A stretch of 63,472 nt of DNA, the filler included, from Reclinomonas americana ATCC 50394 (Eukaryota): the NCBI GenBank assembly GCA_048213135.1. It is 7 parts of 2 records of this genome, joined end to end, with 100 filler letters (N's around TTAATTAATTAA, not from the genome) between each part and the next. Parts side by side here need not be neighbours in the genome. Positions count along the whole stretch, not along the records: positions 1 to 28,074 come from PS015574.1; 6 more parts are not named here. One strand, written 5' to 3'. Below are positions 11,101 to 23,961 of the stretch, piece by piece. Both the position numbers and the translations under genes were made by a program. How positions within the stretch are numbered: position 1 is the stretch's first letter; the number at the start of each line of letters is the position of its first letter. The notes under the pieces are model-generated. The model searched no databases, was not told the origin of the DNA, and saw only the letters and a program-made list of their open reading frames with translations.

Positions 11101-13502
11101 GAACGCGCCTGTCAGCAGCACTATCACGTTGCGTGCGGCTATCCGTGCACTGCTTGACCGTCGACTGTGCGACGCGACTGACGTGGGGTCTCTCGTCCTC
11201 TCTTTTTGTGTGCAGCACATGCTCATTGAGCTGCAGGAGCGTCAGTCGGAGACCATGGCCACAGTGGAGCAGAAGCTCCGCGAGGACAAGTCGGCGCTGC
11301 AGGCCAAGGACGCTCACATTGCGACGCTGACGGCGCGTATCAACAATCTCGAGTCAGAGTTGCTGGTGGCCATGGAGCAGCGCGTGCAGTACGAGCAAGA
11401 GATCGCTGCGCTGTTGGGTGAGGTGGAGCGACTGCGTGAGGTGTGCGGCGAGAACGAGGCCGACGACGACGACGATGATGGTGATGATGATGAGGAGGAG
11501 GAGGGTCGCAACAGAAGCAGCGCCGCCAGCCGCCGCGCCGCCACCAAGGGTCTGTCGCCCGAGGAACGCGCCGGCTATCGTGACGCCTCGGCTCTCGCTC
11601 TCCCTCTGACACCCGGTCGCGGCGAGGGAAGTCCGCGGGCCCGATTCAAGGCACAAGTCGCACACATCAAGNNNNNNNNNNNNNNNNNNNNNNNNNNNNN
11701 NNNNNNNNNNNNNNNNNNNNNNNNNNNNNNNNNNNNNNNNNNNNNNNNNNNNNNNNNNNNNNNNNNNNNNNNNNNNNNNNNNNNNNNNNNNNNNNNNNNN
11801 NNNNNNNNNNNNNNNNNNNNNNNNNNNNNNNNNNNNNNNNNNNNNNNNNNNNNNNNNNNNNNNNNNNNNNNNNNNNNNNNNNNNNNNNNNNNNNNNNNNN
11901 NNNNNNNNNNNNNNNNNNNNNNNNNNNNNNNNNNNNNNNNNNNNNNNNNNNNNNNNNNNNNNNNNNNNNNNNNNNNNNNNNNNNNNNNNNNNNNNNNNNN
12001 NNNNNNNNNNNNNNNNNNNNNNNNNNNNNNNNNNNNNNNNNNNNNNNNNNNNNNNNNNNNNNNNNNNNNNNNNNNNNNNNNNNNNNNNNNNNNNNNNNNN
12101 NNNNNNNNNNNNNNNNNNNNNNNNNNNNNNNNNNNNNNNNNNNNNNNNNNNNNNNNNNNNNNNNNNNNNNNNNNNNNNNNNNNNNNNNNNNNNNNNNNNN
12201 NNNNNNNNNNNNNNNNNNNNNNNNNNNNNNNNNNNNNNNNNNNNNNNNNNNNNNNNNNNNNNNNNNNNNNNNNNNNNNNNNNNNNNNNNNNNNNNNNNNN
12301 NNNNNNNNNNNNNNNNNNNNNNNNNNNNNNNNNNNNNNNNNNNNNNNNNNNNNNNNNNNNNNNNNNNNNNNNNNNNNNNNNNNNNNNNNNNNNNNNNNNN
12401 NNNNNNNNNNNNNNNNNNNNNNNNNNNNNNNNNNNNNNNNNNNNNNNNNNNNNNNNNNNNNNNNNNNNNNNNNNNNNNNNNNNNNNNNNNNNNNNNNNNN
12501 NNNNNNNNNNNNNNNNNNNNNNNNNNNNNNNNNNNNNNNNNNNNNNNNNNNNNNNNNNNNNNNNNNNNNNNNNNNNNNNNNNNNCGGCTGCGGCTTCCGT
12601 CAACTCCCTCGGCGTGCCCTCCTCGTCGTCGTCCGCTGCCAGCAGCAGTGGGCCGTCAGCTGCCAGTCACCCCACCAGTACCTCCATCCAGGTGCCGCCA
12701 CTGGCGGCAGTCGGTGGTGGAGCTTCTCCGCTTGTGCCCCGACTGCCGCCGATGGTGCAGGATGCCATCGACGGGCCAATTCTGGGTGTGGGGTACGTAC
12801 GCGCACGCACACACACTTGCCATCATTTACCTCGTGCTCACCGCCGTTGTTGTATCTCTTGCAGGTCACCGAGGAGAGTCGGACAGTGGCCATCAGGTGC
12901 TGCTGCTGCGTCGCCGCCCTCGGCCCCCTTGTCGGTCGAGCCGTCGACGCTGCTGTCACTGGTGGCCGCCGGCAACACGTCGAACAAGGTACTGCTGGCC
13001 GGCATCCAGTCATCGTCGTGGGACATGCGTTCGTACACACAAGCCATTCGCGACGAAGGCAACGCAGCCATGCTCGAGAGTGCCGGCATTGGGCATGCCG
13101 GCTACTATTCTTTTGACCCAACTGGTTACGTCAGTGCCTCTACGATTGCTTGCAACGTACGTTGCCGCGTGCTCACCAATCGCTGCAGCCAAGGCGCACG
13201 CGACGCTCTTCTTGTTGTGTCTCCAGTCGGCGGTGAAGACAGAGGCTGTTACGCCGGCTGAGCCCGACGCGGCCCTCGAAACCATGGCGGTTCTCGTCGT
13301 GCGCACGTTGCACTACTACGGCATTCCGTGCAAGGCCCGTTGGTTGGAGACTCGTCGGCAGCGTGAGAGCGCGGTCATCGACGATGAGGCGGTTCTGGCG
13401 GAGACTGGGTTCTTTGTTCGCGGTCAAGCACGGCTACAGCCGTCATTTAAGCTGGCGGGCGCCGCGTTCCACAATTTCCTTGATCGTATCGAGCGTCGTT
13501 AA
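8124..13502 (+). CDS. Kinesin (Kinesin-7/CENP-E-like motor) with coiled-coil stalk; interrupted by two N gaps, so continuity is assumed
   Basis: RVAVRMRP, FTFDRVY, AYGHSGTGKTFTM (P-loop), [67 protein letters not shown]. Confidence 0.88.
10201..11045. other. Assembly gap
   Basis: N run. Confidence 1.
11672..12584. other. Assembly gap
   Basis: N run. Confidence 1.
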
Positions 13503-13535
13503 GTATAGACGTCGTTAATTTTTCTCCATCTGCCT

Positions 13536-16500
13536 TCATGGCAGTTCCAGCTGCTGTCGCATTGCACGCCGTCGACCCTCCAGCATGTCTTGATACATCA
13601 TTTCGTCGTCGTCCAGGTAATAGAACAAGTGTCGCTCCTTGGTCGGCAGGTTGGTGATCGGTGGGCCCATCCATTTGAGCAGCTTGGCTTGCACGCGCCG
13701 CACGAGATCGGTGTGCGCTGCTCACGAAATACAATCAATGGAGGCGTGGATGCAAGGTGGTGGGGCGAGCACGCAACGCTTCGGGACAACGGTGGCCGGG
13801 GGCGGGGCCTGGTAGTTGGGCGACATGACACGCAAGTTGCGTGCGCGCAGTTCCTCGATCTCCCGTACCGCCACCTGCACGTAGTGCTCGTACAGCTCGA
13901 ACCACACCTTGATATCCAGCGACCAGGCGTCTTCCACGTCACCACCTTTTCGACACGTGTAAGCCACACAACATGCAGAACAATTGTATCGTGAAGGGAT
14001 GGACGTACCGTGCGTGAGGTCGTCGATATCAGCCGGGTGGCGCAGGCGTGCCGTGTACTGGGACACCTCTCGACGAACCGCATCTTCGGCGGCCTTCTCC
14101 GCCACCTTGCCAATGTGCTTGTCGACCAGCTGATCAATGTCCTTGTGCAAGTCAGCGTACTGCACCTTGAGCACCGTGCGCACGTACTCGAGCACTTCGC
14201 GTCGACTGCAATTCGGCACATGGTCAACAAACGACGCCCCCGTGTGCCAGCAGCGACACGTGGTAAAACGTACGTGTACTGAGTAGCCAGCGCCGTCGAT
14301 GAGTAGTCCGGCAAGTACACCGCGGTGGGAAACTTGCCGGCCTGTGCGCGCACAGTACGCAGCTCCTTGCAGAACCGCCAGAGGAATTCGAACCGTGCAA
14401 ACTCGCCCTCGCCTAACTCGGCCGCCTCTTCGCTGTCCTGACCTCGACCGCTGTCGCGTGCCACCAGCTCCATCTACGGATGCCATGTAAATGGGGGAGA
14501 GGAAGGGAGGGACGGGGAGAACGAGAGCACCTTCTCCAAGCACCACGCTTCCACCAGGTTGAGTTGAACATTGCTGGCCCGCTCGGCCAGTACCAACAAC
14601 GCACGTCGCACTGATGGAGGTAGCTGCATAGAATGCGGTTCCCATCCCATTCAGTGCTTATCGTGCGCAATCGCAGAAAGCTACCGAGTTGAGCCAACCT
14701 TGGAGCTGACAGGAAAGCGCTCGTAGATCTCCTCCGTGCGCACCCGAGCAGGCTGTCGATCTGGCGATTTTTTTGGTCGCCGTCGCCGCTGCTCCGTCAC
14801 CTCTTCGTCGACGCCTGATAGCGTGCAATGTGCATTTGTTACGCGGTGAGTGCCTGACCAGCTGCCACACTCGGGAGACCACCACCAACCATTCAGCAGA
14901 TCCAACTCGACCTGCCATCGCGCAGGGAATGTACACGACTGCGAGATGATGGCGAGCACGTCGAGAGGAAAGCTGTCGCTGGTCGACACCGGCGCGACAG
15001 CATCCATGTCGTCCACCGCACTGCAGCCGCACAAGTAGCGCCGCGTGTACAAGAGGGCGGCACAGGCCGTTCGCATGTGCTTGGTGGCTCTGAAACCTGT
15101 GCGCATTAACGCGACGATGAGGATGGCGGAGCACACAAGGTCGCGGGTGGTGCCGGTGCAGGCGCACCTTGGGGATGACTGGCCAAGTGTGCAGCAAGAA
15201 TGCGAAGAAACTCGGACTCGTTTTTGCACACGGCGTCGGCGGAGGACACTTGCAAGTTGAGGAGGCGCGTCGTTCCGGAGGCCGCCGATGCATCTGCGCC
15301 GCCAAACTCCTCAAACGATCCGATCTGAGGCAGGGGAACACGAGGGGGTAAGCATCGTCAGAAGCACATGCACTTACTCGACCGTACGGCACCCACCCGA
15401 CGAGAGTCGACCGGTGGCGACGTGTCGGCCACCATGGCTTGCCGGATGACACGCACAGCGTCGACAATCCCCGGCTGTGACAGAAGCGCTGACAAGCGAG
15501 AAAGCATGTCAATGGACGATAAAATACATGGACATGCAGATCACGCCAGACTGAACCTGCGGCCTGAAGGCGCTGCCGCATACGTTGGCGGACGGCCACA
15601 CGAATGCCTCCGACAATCTCCCTTTGCAGCACGGCGCCCACTGATTCATCCGCAGCAGGTAGCGCATCCGCTGCGAGCAGCTGACGAGCCCTGCAAAAAC
15701 AAAAAAACACACGCGAGTGAATTGGGTGCAACGCCGTGAGCTCACTCACAGAGCGCACTCACCGTCGCAACACATCCACACGTCGTTGCAGATCTGCCAT
15801 TTGTCGAGCAACTTGCTGCATCTTCTTGTTCGGGTCGCGGTACAGTGGAACGCGAACGACAAACTCGCCATGTCGCTGGCCAGGTGGTGGGATGGCGGCA
15901 CGTATTCGCAGCGTCGTACCAATGGTGATGTCTGTAAAACTGTTGTGCACACACGGGAGTGAGCTACTGCATCCCGAGTCATGCAACGAACACGCAACGG
16001 CCAGTCAGGCAATGCAACGTCAAAGTCGGGGCGATCCTGTAGCGCATCAATGCTTCGTTCCGCGGCGAGCTCTTGTTGTAACCTGGTGCTCAAGTAGTGC
16101 ACGTAGCGGCCGACATCCTCGGCACTGGTGAGATCGATCTGCGGGACTCGGTTGGCCACCACACACCACAGCCGCCATACATCGGCACTTTTGCGCGCAC
16201 GCAACTCGCTGGGGGAACGACTCTGAAGGGCGCATGGTGGCAAATGCGGACGGCGGCGCCACGCTCGCAAACTCCTCGTCATCGGCGAATACCACCCGAG
16301 GCACCAGCAGCAAGCCACGAGCGCGCAAGTCTGCCAACGCATACAGCAGGATACGATAGGCTCGACGAAGAAGTGTGCGGAGTGCCTCTTGCACCTGCAG
16401 CACCGTGCGTGTGGTCAACGACTGGCCTTCTGCATGTGACTCTCGTCCAGTAAGTGCTCCGCGAGTACATGAAGGTGCTACCAACTGTGCACACACCTTC

Positions 16501-17938
16501 TGCGTTCGCGGTGGTGGTAGACGCGGCACCCTGTGCCACGGCGCCCATGATGAGGTGCTTGAGTCGCGTGGGGGTCACTGAAGACGTCGATGGTGAGAGT
16601 GAGGAAGTGGTGGGGAGGGTTGTGGGTGGGCGATGGTGAACGAACCACCGAATGGTCGCAACAGTGTGGCCACCACTCGCTGCAGCCAGCGCACAGGTGC
16701 ATTGCGATACTCGATCTCTCGCTGACGGAGGGCCGACAGCAGTGATCGGAGAAACGTGTCGGACGAGTAGGCGGCCGTCGACAGGACCTGTGTGAGGGAG
16801 TGAATGTGTCGGCAAGTATATGGAGGGGGAAGGAGCGACATGATGACACCCACCGTCCACAACAACTCAGGCTCCATGTCCGGCAGCAGCCAAGGAAGCA
16901 TGCGACTCGCGAGCGCAAAGAACTCTTGCTGCAACGAGCGGTGAGAGCGACACGGAGTGCAGCAGGAGAAGCGCCGACACACAAACCTTCATCATCAGCA
17001 ACACGTCGTCGCGTACGAGATGCCAGGCATCCTCCAGCACCGTGTTGCCTGCGTGGTGTTCACAGTCGTGAGTGCACGCAATAGGAGACGCATCACACGA
17101 AGGGGACGCACCCTCGGCCAGCTCCCGCGACCTCGTGCGCTCCACCTCCTGCTCCCTCCGCCTGCGCAACACCACGTCCAATCGCCTGCAACAAGCAAGC
17201 CACTCATGAGCCTCTCGAGCGCGCGAGTGATGAACCAGTTCTTTCTCCCGACAGACCGCCGACGCAAGTGCTGGCGCAGCAGCAGCGACACCTCGTTGGT
17301 CGTCAGTCCGCGATGTCGCACGAGTCTGACACGCGCAACTCAGCATGCAGAGATACTCTTCTTTGTGTGTGCGTGCAAGCTCACCTCTCGGCCCAATCCA
17401 GAAGCACCTGACGAGCAGCCGTAGTACGCACTCGTACTCCCTCCAGCCCATCCCGCGACGAGCTGTCGATGCTGATGGTGGATTGAGTTGTCTCGCGTTT
17501 TGCATGCATGCATGCACACACACAATCATACACACCGCAGTCCCTCGGCATCCATGATGGCCTCCAAGGCGGCCACAGTGCCTACCATCCCCCCACAGTC
17601 AGTCAGCGAGTCAGTGTGCAAAGAACACGAGTGCAAGCGCAACGATGTGGCAATGCACGATGTGGACGAGATCGACGAGCAGGAGCTTGACGACGCTGTT
17701 GCCACTCACATGAGACACACAGACGCACACTTGGAATCGCACACATGCACAGGCAGCGGACCTGTCGGAGTGCAACGCGACGCAGCAGTCGCCATTGCCA
17801 CACCGATGCGGCCTCGTCTCTCGCGTGCTGCCACATGCTACGAGTGCGCTGCACTGAGGCCTGCAACATATGCGTCACTGTGTTGGTGCATGACTCGAGT
17901 CGTGCCACCAGCGACGACCGTGCATCGTCTCTGCTCAT
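13536..17938 (-). CDS. Large multi-exon protein of unknown function (could be two genes)
   Basis: A chain of GT-AG exons joins in frame, e.g. SESFPQR|IDLTSAEDVGRYVHYL, PDWP|FTDITIG, EVLEYVRTVLKVQYADLHKDIDQLV. It ends ...RQQLELP* at 13536. No family recognised and the start is uncertain. Confidence 0.55.
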
Positions 17939-18028
17939 TCTCCATTCTATGCACGATCAGAGACGGACGGAAGTTCACTCTCACTCCCTGCGCGACTCGC
18001 CGTCCCTCTTCTCTACGGTGCTGGTGCA

Positions 18029-18215
18029 TCATCGCTGCTCGTGCAGCGTCAGCTCCTTTTCGGGTATCGCCGTGAAGTACTTGGCCACTTCGTCGTCGGC
18101 GACGTCGGCCAGTGCGGCGGGCTGCCAGTTGCGGGTGCTGCGCTTCTCAATCAGCTGCGCACGGACGCCCTCGTAGAAGTCCTTGCCGTGCTGCACCGAG
18201 CGCAAGGCAAGAGTG
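18029..18215 (-). CDS. HIBCH: 3' end of 3-hydroxyisobutyryl-CoA hydrolase (crotonase family); remainder lies in the gap
   Basis: DFYEGVRAQLIEKRSTRNWQPAALADVADDEVAKYF matches the HIBCH C-terminal motif DFxEGVRAxLIDKDxxPxWxP. Confidence 0.82.
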
Positions 18216-19124
18216 NNNNNNNNNNNNNNNNNNNNNNNNNNNNNNNNNNNNNNNNNNNNNNNNNNNNNNNNNNNNNNNNNNNNNNNNNNNNNNNNNNNNN
18301 NNNNNNNNNNNNNNNNNNNNNNNNNNNNNNNNNNNNNNNNNNNNNNNNNNNNNNNNNNNNNNNNNNNNNNNNNNNNNNNNNNNNNNNNNNNNNNNNNNNN
18401 NNNNNNNNNNNNNNNNNNNNNNNNNNNNNNNNNNNNNNNNNNNNNNNNNNNNNNNNNNNNNNNNNNNNNNNNNNNNNNNNNNNNNNNNNNNNNNNNNNNN
18501 NNNNNNNNNNNNNNNNNNNNNNNNNNNNNNNNNNNNNNNNNNNNNNNNNNNNNNNNNNNNNNNNNNNNNNNNNNNNNNNNNNNNNNNNNNNNNNNNNNNN
18601 NNNNNNNNNNNNNNNNNNNNNNNNNNNNNNNNNNNNNNNNNNNNNNNNNNNNNNNNNNNNNNNNNNNNNNNNNNNNNNNNNNNNNNNNNNNNNNNNNNNN
18701 NNNNNNNNNNNNNNNNNNNNNNNNNNNNNNNNNNNNNNNNNNNNNNNNNNNNNNNNNNNNNNNNNNNNNNNNNNNNNNNNNNNNNNNNNNNNNNNNNNNN
18801 NNNNNNNNNNNNNNNNNNNNNNNNNNNNNNNNNNNNNNNNNNNNNNNNNNNNNNNNNNNNNNNNNNNNNNNNNNNNNNNNNNNNNNNNNNNNNNNNNNNN
18901 NNNNNNNNNNNNNNNNNNNNNNNNNNNNNNNNNNNNNNNNNNNNNNNNNNNNNNNNNNNNNNNNNNNNNNNNNNNNNNNNNNNNNNNNNNNNNNNNNNNN
19001 NNNNNNNNNNNNNNNNNNNNNNNNNNNNNNNNNNNNNNNNNNNNNNNNNNNNNNNNNNNNNNNNNNNNNNNNNNNNNNNNNNNNNNNNNNNNNNNNNNNN
19101 NNNNNNNNNNNNNNNNNNNNNNNN
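18216..19124. other. Assembly gap
   Basis: N run. Confidence 1.
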
Positions 19125-22106
19125 AAGAGCAGGTCGGGCGCAAGCATGTGTGGTCGGTGAAGCTGCCGCATCGCACGTGGTACCTGGCCACGGACTTTGA
19201 GGGACAAACGCAAGAGTGGATTGTGGCCATGCGTCAGTTGGTGTTTCCGGCGCCACCGTCGTCGGCTGCGGCGGACGCTGCTGGTGGTTCGGGATCGTCG
19301 TCCACGGGGACGTCCACGCTGGCGTCTTCGGCCTCCACTCGATCCATGTCGGTGGGGTCGACGGCTGGTGGCGCGCCGAGACCAATCAGTGAGTACCTCA
19401 ACGAGGTGAAACCGGAGGTGCCAGTCACACTGCCGCCGCGGCAGTTGCGCGAGTCGATGAAGGAGGGCGACGTGTTGACAGAGAGGTAGGCATGCATTCG
19501 TGCACGACGCTACGGTAGATGCACGCGAGAGACTCAATGTCGCTTGTGCAGCGTGCGCTCGTCGGCCAACTCGGTGGCGCGATCCGCCTCCGGTTCCTTC
19601 TCCTCGCTGGCCTCGGCCTCTCTGCCTGTGGCACCCCTGGTGGATCCGGCCATGGAAGAGCGGCGGAGGCAGGAGGAGCGTGCCCGAAAGAGAAAGGCAC
19701 GGCAGACCGATCGCAAGCACGTCTCTCGACAGCGATTGGAGCGCGAGCGGCAGGAGCGCGAGCGCAAGCGGCAGGAACGGCAGCAGGAGCTTGAGACGCA
19801 GGTGTGTTGATGTGGTGCGGGCGGTCGGATGGATAAGAGAGAGATGATAATGCTGAATGTTGTTGCTGCGCAGCGCAACGCTGTGTGTCAGCGATTCGTG
19901 GGCGTCTGCAAGCGCGGCACCGGCCTCATCAAGTATCCGTTTGGCAGTGCGAAACCGGCCATGCGATGGTTCCAGCTGAGCGACGATGCCACCACACTGA
20001 ATGTTGCGATGGTGTCTGTGCGTTCACACATGCTGCTTGACTGACATGTGCGCGTATGGAATCGTGTACGCAGTACGGCAAGAAGCGCGGCAAAGTCTCG
20101 AGTTCTGTGCGCCTGGCCGACGTGTTGTGGATGGTGTATGGACCGCATACGCACGTGTTTCGGGAAAAGTTCTCTGGCGAAGGTGTGTTTGCGAGAGAGA
20201 GAGAGTGTGTGTGTGTGTGTGCGTACTGTGTGCTCCTGGCTGATGCAGTGATGTCGTGCAGGGTCGGCGCGATGCTTCAGCTTGAAGTTACCGGATCGCA
20301 CGCTGGATCTGCAGGCGACAACCGATGAAGACTGCGAGACGTGGTTCCTCGGCTTGCAGTACCTGTGTCGAGCGCAGATTCAAGCGGCACAGCGACAGTA
20401 CCTCACGCGGTCGCGGTACTTGCTCAAGGTGAGCGTCGGTTTCCCTCCTCCCCCGTCGTCTACAAGCCACTAACGTTTGTGCATCGGTCATGCAGCGTCT
20501 GCGCACCAAGTTCAAGGAGGTACTGCTGTGTTCGTGTGCGTGTGTTTGATTTGTGCCGACTCATTCTGCGCGCAGCGCAACTTTGTGCTGTCGCGGTTTG
20601 TCCGCGCGGCCGTGGCCAGCGTGCGTGACACCGAGAGACCGTATGCGGCCGAAATCCGTTTGTGTTGGAACGCATTCGACACCGACAGCAACGGCCTGGT
20701 GCAGAAGGATGAGTTTGTGCAGTTCTTCCGGCTTCTCGGCGAGGATCCCGTGCGTGACGAGTACTTTGAGGAGCTGTGGGATGAGATGGATCTCGACGGT
20801 GACGGGCAGTTGGACTTTGGAGTTGCGGGCGCAGACATGCAGTGTGCTGTGTGACATGAGGAGTCTAGCTGACCCGAGTGCTTTGTAGGAATTCATGGAG
20901 GTCGCATCGGCACTTTTTTCGATCCAAGAGCTGGCGCTGGTGGCCAAGATCCACAACATGTTTCTGCGCTACGACTCCGACCGAGACGGCAAGATTGGCA
21001 AGGAAGAGGTGCGTGGTTGCGCCGTTCGGCGCCGATGATTACGCACAGATTGCTAACTGACGCCTGTCGCTCGCACAAAGGTCTGTGCCATCTATCGCGA
21101 CTTTGAGGGCGAGGAGATGCGGCAGGAGCAGTTGGCCGATTTCTTCCTCGGTCTCGACGCGGATGAGGATGGTGTGATTACGTGGCAGGAGTTCTTGACG
21201 GCTGCCGTCAGCAATTATGCGGCGTTTGCCAATTACCACGCACACCCGCGCAACGAGCGAGAACTGTATCTGCTGTTCAACACCATCGATGCGGATGCCG
21301 ACGGCGAGTTGTCGGTGGACGAGATTGCGGCGTTTGTGCAGGATTTGGGTATGACGGTGCCGCGCTACCGCATCATTGATCTCGTCGACAAGCTCGACGC
21401 CGACGGCAACGGGGCTCTGTCGTTTATCGAGTGCGTCTCTTTCGTTTGACTGTCGTCTGCCGGTTGCATGACTGACGAGTACCCGCAGGTTCCTGCGCCT
21501 CGCTCGCGCACTGTTCAATGTCGAAGAGTTGGGCCTGTTGGCGCGCATGCGCAACTCGTTCAAGCGATGGGACAAGCGTGGCATGGACAGTATTGCGGCC
21601 TCCGACGCCAATGTGGTCACTCGAGACTTTGTTGGCTACGAGTACCCGGAGGACGGGCTGCGCACGCTGGTGCAGGCATTGCCAGTGGAGGACAATTGCG
21701 TCAAGTGGCGCGCCTTCCTCACCACCATTGTCAAGCTGCTGCCACAATTCAACGTGCGTCTACATACGTCGTCGTTGCACCCTGTCCCTCCACGCACAAT
21801 CCTAACATATCACGTGTTGTGCAGACTCGCGTCCGCTCGCTGCCCGGCAGTCCCGTCGGCGGGGCATCGTCGTCGGCTGCCGGTGCCGCTGCAACGACCA
21901 CAGCCAATGGTGCTCCAGCGCAGTCGTCGGGCGCCGCCGTCGTCACCACCGTCTCCGCGGGTGCCTCAGGAAGTGGAGCACCTGCGCCTCGACCGAGTGG
22001 CAGCGGTGGCGGTCCTTCACCCATGCCAGCCACGCCACCCACCTTCAACCAGCCGTCGCTCTTCCTGTCGGGACCCACCAGCTTCTCGACACGATTCAGC
22101 AAGTGA
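19125..22106 (+). CDS. PH-domain plus multi-EF-hand protein (5' end in gap)
   Basis: PH tail RTWYLATDFEGQTQEWIVAM, a coiled coil, a second PH (RWFQLSDD...FSLKLPDRTLDLQATTDEDCETWFLGLQYL), then EF loops DTDSNGLVQKDE, DLDGDGQLDFGE, DSDRDGKIGKEE, DADEDGVITWQE, DADADGELSVDE and DADGNGALSFIE. Confidence 0.85.
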
Positions 22107-22172
22107 AACATATGAAAAAGAATGTATTTTCTGCAAATTGTATAAGCATCTCCGTTTTCCTCCTCGCTGTGA

Positions 22173-23880
22173 TCACTGTGCCTGCGCAGTCACTGGCCGC
22201 CGTTGTCGACTGCGCAGCCAGATGTTTAGTAATCTCCGCAGCGGGTTGAACAGCGGCGTCGGCAGGAGTCCCAGCGCCCACACAATAGTCTGCAAAGTAG
22301 CAGCCGACATCGTCAACATCACGTGCAACAGACAGCAACGCGTCGATGGACGCAACGGCAAGTGACTGAGGGTGCGTGTGCACGGCCTCGAATTCGTCGG
22401 GTTGCAAAACAGTGCGCTGAATGTGCTCGGCCGCCTCCGAGGCCGTGACTTCGAACATGACGCGTCCCTTGATGCCCTTGCTCAGCTTGCGCCGTTGCAG
22501 CATTGGCGTGTCGACAAAGGCCGGTGCCACTGACGTGAAGGTGACGATGCCGTGGTACCGTTGTCGCATCGACTGCGACCACAGACGACAATAGGCAAAG
22601 TCAGTCCACTCACAACCACCCGTCGGTTCCGGATACTGCACGCAACTTGCGTCCACATGCGCAGGCCGGCCAGGCTCGCCGCATACGCTGCGCCATCGTG
22701 AAAGTGCGCGCATGTGGTGGACACCGAGTCCATCGTGACCACATGTCCGTGGCCGCGCTCCTGTGCAAACGACGATTGAGTGCGACGAAAACAACTCCAT
22801 CCTGCAACAGGCTGCAGGCACATCGCAACTCGGAGACGCGGCAGCAGCGGCTCCACCGTGTTGACCACGCCACAAAAGTTCGTGCGCAGTGCGTTGCGCA
22901 TGCGGTCGCTGCGCGAGGGTCCCGGTGCCGTCACTGCGACAACCAATCAGCATCAGCGATGAACACCACCAGCACACTCGCCCCCCGCGCTGCGCAACAT
23001 TCAGAGACACCGGCCAGCGCGCAAATCACGTCGAGCGGACGTGTGTCGTCGACACGCAGCACAAAGTCACGCATCGCCGACGCCGACTGCACGTTCAGCT
23101 CCCTGTGTCACCACAGTTAGCATTTTTGATCGCATCGCGAGGCACTGCCGAAGCTGGTGGCCACGCAACGCAAAGGTGACTTGCGCGCCAGCCGTCGTGC
23201 ACTCCTGCGCCACCTCGCGCAGCGCATCCCTGTCGAGTCCCACCAGTGCCAGAGCCACTCCAGGCGCCGCCCACTGCAACGCCAATGCACGTCCGATTCC
23301 CGAGCTGGCGCCCGTGATCAGCACCGAGGTGCCGCACGCAGCACTCCCCGCCTGCAGTCGATCGTGATGTGCGACCTGATGCCGACGCCGATCGCCCGTC
23401 ACGGCCGATATCACCGCCGAGGCCGTCGCCGGTGCATTGAGCACATCGACACTGTTATCTTCGCGCGACTCGTCACCATCATCCACAACACTAGTGCTGC
23501 TGCTACTGCTGCAGCTGCTCTCCCCGTCACTGTCATCGTCGGCATCATCACTGACGATTCCGGTCGCCGGCTGCTTGACCGCTGCGTCTGCCCCTCGCTT
23601 GCGACGACAACAACAACAACAACAGCAGCAGCAGCACCAGCGCCACACAGATGCCAGCACGTGCAACAACATGTCGCGCACTCGCTGCACCACACGCCAC
23701 ACGTACAGCGTCCACGCCAGCGACAAGCACAGCGGTCCCGACACATACGTCCACAGCAGCATCTGGCGTCGACCCCATGAGACACACAGACACACAGACA
23801 CACGAGCTCTTCCCCACAAGGGCACGTACCTGCCATAGCGCAGCACAAAAGGTGCGCAGTGATGACGGTGCTGGCGTCAT
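22173..23880 (-). CDS. Short-chain dehydrogenase/reductase with N-terminal hydrophobic segment and Cys10 tract, 7 exons
   Basis: VLITGASSGIGRALALQWA, PLDVICALAG, TNFCGVVNTVEPLLP, AYAASLAGL, SVAPAFVDTPML. Confidence 0.85.
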
Positions 23881-23961
23881 GCGCGCGACAACAGAGACGG
23901 ATTTCGTCCACCAGCTGTCCCGCGCGCTTTCGTTGTGTCTTTGTCGCTCTTTCTCTCGCGC

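Noticed and set aside
9892..19720. Very long ORFs in the supplied track (up to 1091 aa)
   Set aside because: They are artefacts of translating through N gaps. Most other track ORFs are GC-rich shadow frames or exon-intron read-throughs.
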